From a virus (lineage: Duplodnaviria; Caudoviricetes), in the IMG/VR virus record IMGVR_UViG_3300037467_001770, positions 1 to 42,926 of that record: 42,926 bases of DNA, one strand, 5' to 3'. Numbering within the stretch: position 1 is the stretch's first letter; every line of letters begins with the position of its first letter. Both the position numbers and the translations under genes were made by a program. Of this stretch, positions 35,398 to 42,926 are shown piece after piece. Under the pieces are notes generated by a model, which was not told the DNA's origin, made no database searches, and saw only the letters and a list, made by a program, of their open reading frames with translations.

Positions 35398-35745
35398 TCA
35401 ATATTTCAGGGTTCGAATTCGGAAGTTCATGAAGTAGCCGTAGACCTCCGGATCGTCTTCATATCCGGAATCGCCGTGCTCTTCCTCGCCCATGAAGCCA
35501 TCCAACGCTTCCATGGCGGCGCGGACCTGCGGAATCATGGTTTCGATCTGGCCCAGCTCGCGCGCCAGGATGACGACGGTGACCACGTTCTGGTCGTATC
35601 CGCCGCCCAGGCACCAGCCAAGCTCGGGCTGGCTGTCGACTTCAAAGACGATTGCCGGCCAGGTCGGGCGCTGCGGCAGTTCGACCGCCCAGGTGTTTGC
35701 CAGCACAGGCTCCAGGGCGGCCAGGACGGTCTGCTTCACGCTCAT
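35398..35745 (-). CDS. Tail terminator protein (DUF3168-like)
   Basis: P....P.IVF, VR.AM, YE.D...Y; neck gene order. Confidence 0.75.
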   Translation of the reverse strand: MSVKQTVLAALEPVLANTWAVELPQRPTWPAIVFEVDSQPELGWCLGGGYDQNVVTVVILARELGQIETMIPQVRAAMEALDGFMGEEEHGDSGYEDDPEVYGYFMNFRIRTLKY

Positions 35746-36230
35746 TTCTTGCCCGCCCTTTCAAGCGATTTCTGCAGCCGGTCATCCATGGCCTGGATTG
35801 CCCCGTCGCGCTTGTTCTCAAGCGCCGGCGCCAGGTACGGCCGGGCCTGCATCTTCTTCGTGCCCAGCTCGTGGAAGCGGAAGTAGAACGGGTCATTCGC
35901 ACGCACGATGCGGCCGCTCTTGCCGACCTTCAGCAGCAGCTTCTTTTCACCCTTCCGTGTGATGTCGCGTCCGTGGCGCACGCCGACGTTGTACTGGACC
36001 GTTCCTTCCGGAGCGCCGCGATCGCGCTTGAAGGCGATGTTGTTGATCATGGCGCCGGTCTTGCGCAGGCCTTGCGCTTGGGCCAAACGCTTTGCCTCGC
36101 CGCGCACCACGGATCCCGCGCCGGCCACCATCTTGAAGGCGGTCGAGCGCTGCATGTCTTCCCGGACGTCCTTGAAGGCGGCGGTCAGCGCGGCAGTACC
36201 CAGCACTTCCGCTTTCAATCCGTCAGCCAT
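35742..36230 (-). CDS. HK97 gp10-like tail completion protein
   Basis: TG.M..NI, FY.RF.E.GT.KM.ARPYL.PA. Confidence 0.88.
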   Translation of the reverse strand: MADGLKAEVLGTAALTAAFKDVREDMQRSTAFKMVAGAGSVVRGEAKRLAQAQGLRKTGAMINNIAFKRDRGAPEGTVQYNVGVRHGRDITRKGEKKLLLKVGKSGRIVRANDPFYFRFHELGTKKMQARPYLAPALENKRDGAIQAMDDRLQKSLERAGKK

Positions 36231-36561
36231 CGTTTACACCCGTATCGCAGGTCAGCAGAAGCCACTCCCGGTTCATCCGACCGAACGGCTTCACATGCTT
36301 GATGTTGAAGAACTTGCCCTTGAAGACAACGCGCATGCTGGCGTCGATGCCTTCGCGGAAGTTGATGACGAACTCTTCGCGCGACTCGGCGGCCTGGCCT
36401 CCATGCTCCGTCACGCGGCGTTCATTGCCCGAAACCGAGCGCCAGGCGGCGCGGATGTTCGCAAGGCGATCGGTCCACCCACTCACCTTCCCGCCGAAGG
36501 AATCCTTCGTCTGACCCAGCGCCTGGATCGTGATCTGGCAGTTGAATTCCGTCGACTTCAC
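36223..36561 (-). CDS. Head closure / head-tail adaptor (SPP1 gp16-like)
   Basis: ITIQ......D.FG.....W, G.E, I..SMRV...G..FNI; GTG start 36561. Confidence 0.85.
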   Translation of the reverse strand: MKSTEFNCQITIQALGQTKDSFGGKVSGWTDRLANIRAAWRSVSGNERRVTEHGGQAAESREEFVINFREGIDASMRVVFKGKFFNIKHVKPFGRMNREWLLLTCDTGVNDG

Positions 36562-37109
36562 GGATAGACCTTTGCGCCGTCCAGCAGCCGGTAGACATGC
36601 GGAGAAAGGTCTTCGCCTCTGTAAGCCGCCTCCACGTGGGCCAACATGAAGGATTTGACTTCCTTTGGAACCGCAGCCGCACCAGCATGGCCAGCGGTGA
36701 ATCGGATCAGAACGGCATTCGGACGGCACTGCGTAGTCGACCATGCGAAGTTCGGCGCCAGGCAGACTGCCGGTGGTGTTGCGTGGTCGTCGACCAAGTA
36801 GCTCGAATCATCAAGCGTCTGAAGCTGGCCGGCCGGGTCGTAATACTTGACGCTTTCCAGAGCGATCAGCGGCGCAATACGCAATGAAATTCGGCCGTCG
36901 CACGGAAATCCGTCAAGGCCGAGCTCCAGTTCGCGCTCGATCAGCGCTATGCCGGTTTCCTGCTCGGCAGCGGCCCGTGCGGCAGGGATCAAAACATCCT
37001 GGATTTGACTGTCATCTGCCGTATTGTCCGCATCCAGCCTGAGCGCAAGTCGGGCTTCGGCGAGCGAAATTGGCTCTTCCGTCGGCGCAGTGATGAGTTT
37101 CAGGCTCAT
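36558..37109 (-). CDS. Head-tail connector protein
   Basis: P..EPISLAEA...LR.D, AAR..AE..TG, V.Y.D..G..QTL, F.AG. Confidence 0.88.
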   Translation of the reverse strand: MSLKLITAPTEEPISLAEARLALRLDADNTADDSQIQDVLIPAARAAAEQETGIALIERELELGLDGFPCDGRISLRIAPLIALESVKYYDPAGQLQTLDDSSYLVDDHATPPAVCLAPNFAWSTTQCRPNAVLIRFTAGHAGAAAVPKEVKSFMLAHVEAAYRGEDLSPHVYRLLDGAKVYP

Positions 37110-37135
37110 GGGATGACAGTCAGATCAAGGATGAA

Positions 37136-37155
37136 GGGACGCCCGAAGGCGTCCC
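37136..37155 (-). terminator. Stable cUUCGg hairpin after the capsid genes (terminator or mRNA stabiliser)
   Basis: GGGACGCC-UUCG-GGCGUCCC with a short U tail. Confidence 0.55.
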
Positions 37156-37170
37156 AGGGAGGCGCGGCGA

Positions 37171-37590
37171 TTAGGCCGGCGGGTTGGCGGTGGGGGACAT
37201 CTGGGGCGCGCCCAGGATGGCCACAGCCGACAGGAGCGCTGCAGAAGCGTTGTTCGCCGGGGTGATGGTCAGCCGGGTATAGCGCTTGGCGCCCTTGTAG
37301 CCCAGCTTGCGGCACTTGTCGTCATCGCTGAAAACGAAGCCGGCCAGCGCCTCCGTACCGATCAGGTCAGCATCGGCCACAGCGGAGAAGCCGGAACCGG
37401 AGGCATCCGATTCCTCGAGCAGCACCGTAAACGTTGCGTCGGCATCGGCGATCGATCCCATGGCGATCAGATAAGTGATCGACCCGGCACCTTGGCCGTC
37501 GATTACCTGTCCGACTTGCGCCGTGTTATCCGCGACGGATACCGGCGAAATGACGCGTTTCACGTCGATATTGTTCATCAGGTCTTTCAT
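37171..37590 (-). CDS. Capsid-associated (decoration-like) protein
   Basis: Follows the MCP; G..ID, L.ESD, GY.G.KRY.RL. Confidence 0.7.
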   Translation of the reverse strand: MKDLMNNIDVKRVISPVSVADNTAQVGQVIDGQGAGSITYLIAMGSIADADATFTVLLEESDASGSGFSAVADADLIGTEALAGFVFSDDDKCRKLGYKGAKRYTRLTITPANNASAALLSAVAILGAPQMSPTANPPA

Positions 37591-37653
37591 GGCGATTCCT
37601 TGAAGTCGAGAGGATGGATCGGGCGCCGCTCATTGGCGGCACCCGGGAACCGA

Positions 37654-38970
37654 TCAGGTGGAGAACTTGGCGAACTTGATCGCCTCGAAGTTCACGGCAC
37701 CGCCGCCGGTGCGTTTGGTGCTGTAGAACACCACATACGGTTTGGCGGTGTACGGATCCCGCAGGGTGCGGATACCCATGCGGTCCACGATCTGGTAAGC
37801 CTCGCGGAAGTCGCCGAAGGCGAGCGACAGGGATCCATTGCCCAGCGCAGGCATGAATTGATCGCAGCGTACCGCGTAGCCGTTCAGGCGCTCGGGCTGG
37901 CCGACCTGCAGACTGGGTTCCCACAGATAGCGGTTCTGCGAGTCCTTGAGCTTGCGGGCCTTGGTGCGCACTTCGCGGCGCATCACCCAGGTTGCATTGC
38001 CCAGGTATTGGTCTTTCAGCGCGCCCTGCAGATCCTGGATGGGGTCCAGTTTCAGGGTGCCGTCGAAGTCGCCGTTGGCACCGGTGACAACGTGCTCGAA
38101 CTTGCCCCAGTCGCGCGAACCGTCGCCGGTCGCAACGGTGGCGTAAGAAGCCAGGCCCATCGGCTGCCCGACTCCAGTGCCGGTCCAGAAGGCAGCGCCT
38201 TCGACACGCGCGAACTTGTCAGCGACTTTGCCGCCGAGCCATTCCTCAACGTTGACGGCCGCGTCGTCCAGGATGCGTTGCGAAGCTTTCGGGCTTGCAT
38301 ACATTTCGAACGCCTCGATGCGCCACTTCCCGACCTGAGGCGTGTTTGTCTCGGAACGGGAACCCAGTTCAGAAACCCATCCGGCGTCGGCTTCGTTGTT
38401 GTCGATGATGCCTTCGATGTCGTTCGTGCTGATGGTCTGCACGGACGCGATCTGGCGCATGATCGACTGTTCGTAGACTTTACCCACGACACGGCCCATG
38501 GTCGAGTGCGGCAGGAAATAGCCGCCGTCCGGATCAGATCCGGCCTGCAGCGCCTTGCGCTCGTTCGATTCCAGGTTATCGATCGACACACCGGCCGCCA
38601 TCTTGAAGAAGGCGGACTTGTAAGCGCGGTAGCCATCAGCATCGAACTCAGCCGGAATCGGCTTGCCCTTGACAGCGCAGTCCGCGCGCAAAGCCAGGTT
38701 GAAGTTCTTCACTTCGGCTGCGAAGTCGGCCTCAGCCTTGACTTCGCTGTCGGTGCGCGGGCGGCCCAGCTTCTTTTCGACGGCTTCGAACTGCTCCTTC
38801 AGGTCCGTCAACGAGTCGATGGCTTCGCTCAGCTTCGCCATCTTAGCTTCCAGATCACCGATGGCCTTGCCGTCAGCCTTCGCCTTCAGCAGTTCATCGT
38901 TGGTCTTCTTGTGCTCTTCCCAGGCTTGACCCAGCTTTTCGATGGTGTCGGCCAGTTGTTTGATTTCCAT
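37654..38970 (-). CDS. Major capsid protein, HK97 fold with delta domain
   Basis: DGGY..P, WV.E, S..ILDD, E..AF..G.G..QP.G, FGDF...Y...DR, R.GG. Confidence 0.95.
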   Translation of the reverse strand: MEIKQLADTIEKLGQAWEEHKKTNDELLKAKADGKAIGDLEAKMAKLSEAIDSLTDLKEQFEAVEKKLGRPRTDSEVKAEADFAAEVKNFNLALRADCAVKGKPIPAEFDADGYRAYKSAFFKMAAGVSIDNLESNERKALQAGSDPDGGYFLPHSTMGRVVGKVYEQSIMRQIASVQTISTNDIEGIIDNNEADAGWVSELGSRSETNTPQVGKWRIEAFEMYASPKASQRILDDAAVNVEEWLGGKVADKFARVEGAAFWTGTGVGQPMGLASYATVATGDGSRDWGKFEHVVTGANGDFDGTLKLDPIQDLQGALKDQYLGNATWVMRREVRTKARKLKDSQNRYLWEPSLQVGQPERLNGYAVRCDQFMPALGNGSLSLAFGDFREAYQIVDRMGIRTLRDPYTAKPYVVFYSTKRTGGGAVNFEAIKFAKFST

Positions 38971-38991
38971 GATTGTCCTTTTGCTGGAAAT

Positions 38992-39013
38992 GAAAAAGCC
39001 GCCCGTAGGCGGC
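38992..39013 (-). terminator. Terminator-like hairpin between the protease and MCP genes
   Basis: AGCCGCC-UACG-GGCGGCU-UUUUCAUUU. Confidence 0.7.
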
Positions 39014-39035
39014 TGGTTTCGGTGGTGATGCGGGA

Positions 39036-39698
39036 TTACCGTTTGCCGATGCTCTCCAGCGCCAATTGCGCGGCGCGTTGGGCCCTCAGCAGTTCGGCGC
39101 CCTCCCCGGGATCACCCCGGCCGATGACGCTCTTCATGCGGGATACCAAGGCGGTAGCCTCGCTTTTCGACATGCCACAAGCATCACGCAGGTGGCGCTC
39201 GATTTCGGAAAGACTCTCCAGTTCCTCGATGGACTTGACCGCCGAGATGCGGGAGGCGTCGTTCATGGGGAAGGTGACCAAGGAAAGCTCAAACAGGTCA
39301 GCCTTTTTGATGGTGCGGACGTCGGTGACGCGATCCCAACTGTCATCGCGCACCCGATAGCCAATGGACATACCGCTCAGGGCGCCCATTTTCATGAGTT
39401 CGTATGCTTCCGCGCCGCGCGCGGTTTTCAGTGCCAGTTTTCCCTTTACCCGCAGTCCAACCGCGTCCTCTTCCATTTCGGTATAGACGCCGATCGGCTC
39501 GCGCGGATTGTGCTGCCACAGCATTGCAGGCAGGCGGCCGGCGGCCTTTGCGGCAGAGAGGGTTTCGGCGAAGGCGCCAGGGACCACAATGTCACCGCCC
39601 TTGTCCGTGATGTTGAACACGGATCCATAGCCTTCGAAGGTACCGGTATCGCCGGTTGCCTTCAACTCACAGGCGAAGTCAAGATTCTTGGTAGTCAT
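39036..39698 (-). CDS. HK97-family prohead protease
   Basis: FEGYGSVF, MLWQH, GL.V.G.L, GMSIGY, E.SLVTFP.N. Confidence 0.95.
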   Translation of the reverse strand: MTTKNLDFACELKATGDTGTFEGYGSVFNITDKGGDIVVPGAFAETLSAAKAAGRLPAMLWQHNPREPIGVYTEMEEDAVGLRVKGKLALKTARGAEAYELMKMGALSGMSIGYRVRDDSWDRVTDVRTIKKADLFELSLVTFPMNDASRISAVKSIEELESLSEIERHLRDACGMSKSEATALVSRMKSVIGRGDPGEGAELLRAQRAAQLALESIGKR

Positions 39699-39709
39699 GG
39701 TGTTCCTTT

Positions 39710-40915
39710 TCAGGCGGGATTCGGGTCCGGCTGATTGCCAGTGTTGGCGCCAGGCGGCAATTTGTCGGCATCGCCGCCGCGAGGGTTCATCTCTTCCAGC
39801 GCGCGGACTTCGTCAGGCGTCATCCATCCCGGATGGCCGCCGGAACCCAGCGCCCGGGCGTAATACTCCGCCCTGTCTTTGGCCGAGCCGCGCATAAGAG
39901 CATTGGCGTTGAACTTGCAGTAGTAGCCTTCCTTGCGCTCTTTCTTGGTCAGCAGGTACGCATTTGCCGACAGCTCAATCCGCCGATACCAGCGCGAGAG
40001 AGTTAGCTTGTTGTTGGCTTCGAAGAACGACTCCGAAGACGCGAAGGTGCTAGTCTTGTCGCTGTGGAAGACAATCATCGGGAACACGCCAAAGAACCGG
40101 CAGACCTCTTCGATCTGGAACTTGCGAGTTTCCAGGTGCTGTGAGTCAACCCCAGTCATCGCAGTACTAATCCACTTCGCCGCCCGATCAAGAATCATCG
40201 GCGTGCCGGCATTTTCCGCGCCACCGAACTCAGCTTCGATCCACTTCCGCAATGCTTTGTGCTGTTCTGCGCTGAGCGTGCCTTCTACTGAATAGATGCC
40301 CGAAGGGCGAACCCCCTTGGAGTGCAGCTTCGAGTGGCTCTCCTCGGTAGCAACCGAAAGGCCAAGGGCTTCTCTGGCGAGACTGATGATGTCCAGTCCG
40401 TTGAGCCCGTCCCAACTCGGCCCGCGTAGATGCCATATCGTTTCGGCCGGAAATTCCTGCATGGCGCCGGTCGGCGCCGTCACCTTGTAGACAATGCTGT
40501 AATCGGGCCTCTGCATCTTCTGGACGCGACTCGGGTCCAGGATAATCAGCTCCAGCAGCTTGCCGCTGGCGCCGACGTTCTTGTACGCATAGCCATTTCC
40601 AAGGCTGGTATGCATCAACAGCGTTTCGATGAACTCGAAGGCTGTGCTCCAGTCATTCGGCATCGCCGTCAGAAGCTCATACAGCGGGTGGTCGGTCGCT
40701 TCCTGTCCACCCTTTTTATAGATCTTGAACGGAACCTGAGCGCAGCCCTGAGCAATCTCCCGTATGCAAGCAAAGGCGGTACCCACCCGAAGAGTGTTTT
40801 CCAGGTTGATGGTCGGGCCGGCTTTGGAGGTGCGGCCTCCGCGCATCATCTCCGCAAGAATGGCAAGCGGATCGGTCGACTTTCGCCAGATCTTGAATCG
40901 GTCGAAAAGTCCCAT
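39710..40915 (-). CDS. Portal protein, HK97 family
   Basis: HPL..LL...PN, GN.Y, H.RG...DG..G, E.RKFQ.EE.CR.FGV, T.DEVR.LE; ATG 40915. Confidence 0.95.
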   Translation of the reverse strand: MGLFDRFKIWRKSTDPLAILAEMMRGGRTSKAGPTINLENTLRVGTAFACIREIAQGCAQVPFKIYKKGGQEATDHPLYELLTAMPNDWSTAFEFIETLLMHTSLGNGYAYKNVGASGKLLELIILDPSRVQKMQRPDYSIVYKVTAPTGAMQEFPAETIWHLRGPSWDGLNGLDIISLAREALGLSVATEESHSKLHSKGVRPSGIYSVEGTLSAEQHKALRKWIEAEFGGAENAGTPMILDRAAKWISTAMTGVDSQHLETRKFQIEEVCRFFGVFPMIVFHSDKTSTFASSESFFEANNKLTLSRWYRRIELSANAYLLTKKERKEGYYCKFNANALMRGSAKDRAEYYARALGSGGHPGWMTPDEVRALEEMNPRGGDADKLPPGANTGNQPDPNPA

Positions 40916-42432
40916 CAGGCGGTTTCCCAAAATGATTTTGTTGTTTCGACGGCGTCAGGCATCACTCCGACAGCCATCGCCAAGGCCTGCATGCCGTCAA
41001 TACGGCCGCTTGCCTTCGCTTTCGTAAACTTCCGGTTCTCGGCCGGGTCTTTTACCACCACTGCATTTGCCGCGCACATGGTCAGCACCGGGTGATTCCC
41101 ATGCCGCAGATTCTTGGAGAGCAGCTTTTCCTCCAGTGAGCGCAAAGCCGGCGACATGCTGACGAATCCCTGGCCGAACTCGATGAAACGCTCCAGTTCG
41201 TCGTCCGTGAATCCTTCCCGGACCAACCAAGGCCGCAAATGCCTCATGTTGAACCGATCGAACGCGAGCGCCAGCACCACATGCGTGTCAAACACCTGCC
41301 GCAGATGCTTTGCCACGAACGAGTACTCAATCGCCCGGCCCGGAGTCGTCAGCAGGTAGCCCTGTTCGGCCCACAAGTCGTATGGAACCCGATCCGCGCG
41401 GGCCTTTTCGGCCAGCCCTTCTTCCGGTAGCCAGAAAGTCGGGTGTACATCGCCGTCCTGTGACGTCAGCACTAGGGCCGTCAGGTCATTCACCGAAGAC
41501 AGATCGAGGCCGCCGTACACCTCGCGCCCCTCAATTGGCGCCGGATCGGCGCCGTTTTCCAACCAGATCGCCCGCGCAATAAAGGGGCTTTTCGCCTCAA
41601 CCCGCTGATTCAAGATCAGGTTTCGGTAACTAGCCTCCCGGCTCGGCATCCGCTTTGCGTCGCTCGCCTGGCGGAACACCTCTTCCTGGTTCATGAAGTC
41701 CGCGAAGTGCGGATTCGCAGCCTTGATCGCCTTCGGACTGAACGGATCGGCGTCTATCGGAGCGGTGTACAGCTCCACCTTGATGCGCGGGTCTGAGCCA
41801 GTCAGGCCGTCGTCAATCAGCAGGCTCAGCAGGTCAGCGTCCGTCGGCGCCTGGGTCGAAATGATGATCGACAGCGGTGATTCCTGGGCCGCTGACGCAG
41901 TTTCAAGCGCCTCGTACAGCTCGGACCGTGGTCCTTTCACCTGGCCCAACTCGTCGTGCACAGTGAAAACGGGGCTCAAGCCGTAGGCTGTCGCTGCATC
42001 CGCTGACAGCGCTCTGTACAGCGTGCCCAGCTCGGCACAGAACAGCTGCTTTGCCGTGTCCCGGACGGTCACGTACTCCGACAGGTCCGGTGACATGCGC
42101 ACCACTTTGGCTGCCAGGGCGAACAGGATAGAAGCCTGCTCACGAGACTGCGCCGCGCTGTACAGCTGCGAATTTGGCTTCGCCTCCGGTCCGCACAGGT
42201 GCAACAGCAGCAGGAAAGACGACAGCGCCGTCTTCGCGTTCTTTCGCGCCATAGACAGGATGAACAGCCTGGTCGGACTGTCGTATATCCGCTTGATCCA
42301 ACGCCTTTGGTGCTTGGTCAACTTGACCGGCTTGCCGACCAAGCGGCCCTCCGGGATCCTACAGTGAGCCTCGATCCAGGCAATGTTCCTGTCGCCGCGG
42401 GTCAGTCTTCGACGTCGGCTGGCAGTTGCCAC
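40915..42432 (-). CDS. terL: Terminase large subunit
   Basis: ARKNAKT Walker A, HDELG Walker B, ISTQ, GLDLS..DLTA, RIDG..AL. Confidence 0.95.
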   Translation of the reverse strand: MATASRRRRLTRGDRNIAWIEAHCRIPEGRLVGKPVKLTKHQRRWIKRIYDSPTRLFILSMARKNAKTALSSFLLLLHLCGPEAKPNSQLYSAAQSREQASILFALAAKVVRMSPDLSEYVTVRDTAKQLFCAELGTLYRALSADAATAYGLSPVFTVHDELGQVKGPRSELYEALETASAAQESPLSIIISTQAPTDADLLSLLIDDGLTGSDPRIKVELYTAPIDADPFSPKAIKAANPHFADFMNQEEVFRQASDAKRMPSREASYRNLILNQRVEAKSPFIARAIWLENGADPAPIEGREVYGGLDLSSVNDLTALVLTSQDGDVHPTFWLPEEGLAEKARADRVPYDLWAEQGYLLTTPGRAIEYSFVAKHLRQVFDTHVVLALAFDRFNMRHLRPWLVREGFTDDELERFIEFGQGFVSMSPALRSLEEKLLSKNLRHGNHPVLTMCAANAVVVKDPAENRKFTKAKASGRIDGMQALAMAVGVMPDAVETTKSFWETA

Positions 42433-42875
42433 GGCTTCCTTGCTTTCGCCTTGTTGTTCAGCGCGCGGCCGGCGGTCGTCGGGTGCTCGACAGCCTGCCT
42501 GGTGATCCGCAGCCGGGTTGCCAGCGACGATGCCGCGCGGCTTTCGCGCTCAGCCATGGCCAGCATCCGGTCATAGCGCTTGAGACTGGCGTCCGAATCC
42601 GCGCCATCCGCCCCATACAGCCAGGAGCGGTCGAAGTTCGATATTTCCTCGGCCAGCACCCGGCCATTCACAACGTGCCGGCAATACGCCTCCAGCAATG
42701 GAATGTGCATTGCGGAGAAAGTGTCGGCGGGGTTGTCATTGACGACGTCCAGCCAGATCCCTTGCTCCGCATCGGACAAATGGATCGGCGGCGACAGGCG
42801 ATTTTCCTTCGCAACGGGCGCAACAAGGGCCGCGACTTCAAGCGAAGCCGTCGATGTTCTTCCCCGTTTTGCCAT
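42402..42875 (-). CDS. terS: Terminase small subunit (P27-like)
   Basis: PP.HLS.....W, LL..YC, LA..LR.T; upstream of terL. Confidence 0.88.
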   Translation of the reverse strand: MAKRGRTSTASLEVAALVAPVAKENRLSPPIHLSDAEQGIWLDVVNDNPADTFSAMHIPLLEAYCRHVVNGRVLAEEISNFDRSWLYGADGADSDASLKRYDRMLAMAERESRAASSLATRLRITRQAVEHPTTAGRALNNKAKARKPWQLPADVED

Positions 42876-42926
42876 TTCCCACCGCCCTTAATTGACCTTT
42901 TTTGTCCACGTTTATGAAAAGAGAGA

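Noticed and set aside
37492-39360. 622-aa plus-strand ORF (also 12144-13568, 24648-25748 and similar)
   Set aside because: Antisense shadows of real genes caused by GC-rich codon bias; no motifs or SD

Overview
Apparently complete ~43 kb temperate siphophage genome of a GC-rich Betaproteobacterium (probably Burkholderiales, inferred from RdgC, the SOS box and the tRNA-derived att core). It has lambdoid regulation and an HK97-type head. It is in excised/virion form: attP is intact in mid-window, and the ends fall between the packaging HNH gene and terS, where cos is expected. The head, tail and lysis genes (42875->21022) and the PR early/late region (8137->14) run on the minus strand. cI, two morons and the PL operon (putative annealase, YqaJ, RdgC, mosaic genes, xis, int) run on the plus strand. 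The best leads are: (1) a non-cleavable CI with a convergent, LexA-boxed mini-gene resembling the CI C-terminal domain (candidate mimic antirepressor); (2) a Cro with a tandem GPDRR tail resembling a c-di-GMP-binding motif; (3) two tandem distal-tail paralogs carrying different inserted putative carbohydrate-binding domains; (4) a tape measure gene that appears to start at ATT behind a GIY-YIG homing endonuclease; (5) two structured non-coding blocks in the late leader; (6) attP inside int; (7) a tail-tip protein with a signal-peptide-like N-terminus; (8) a stand-alone LigD-type ligase. All calls are by eye; no searches were run.
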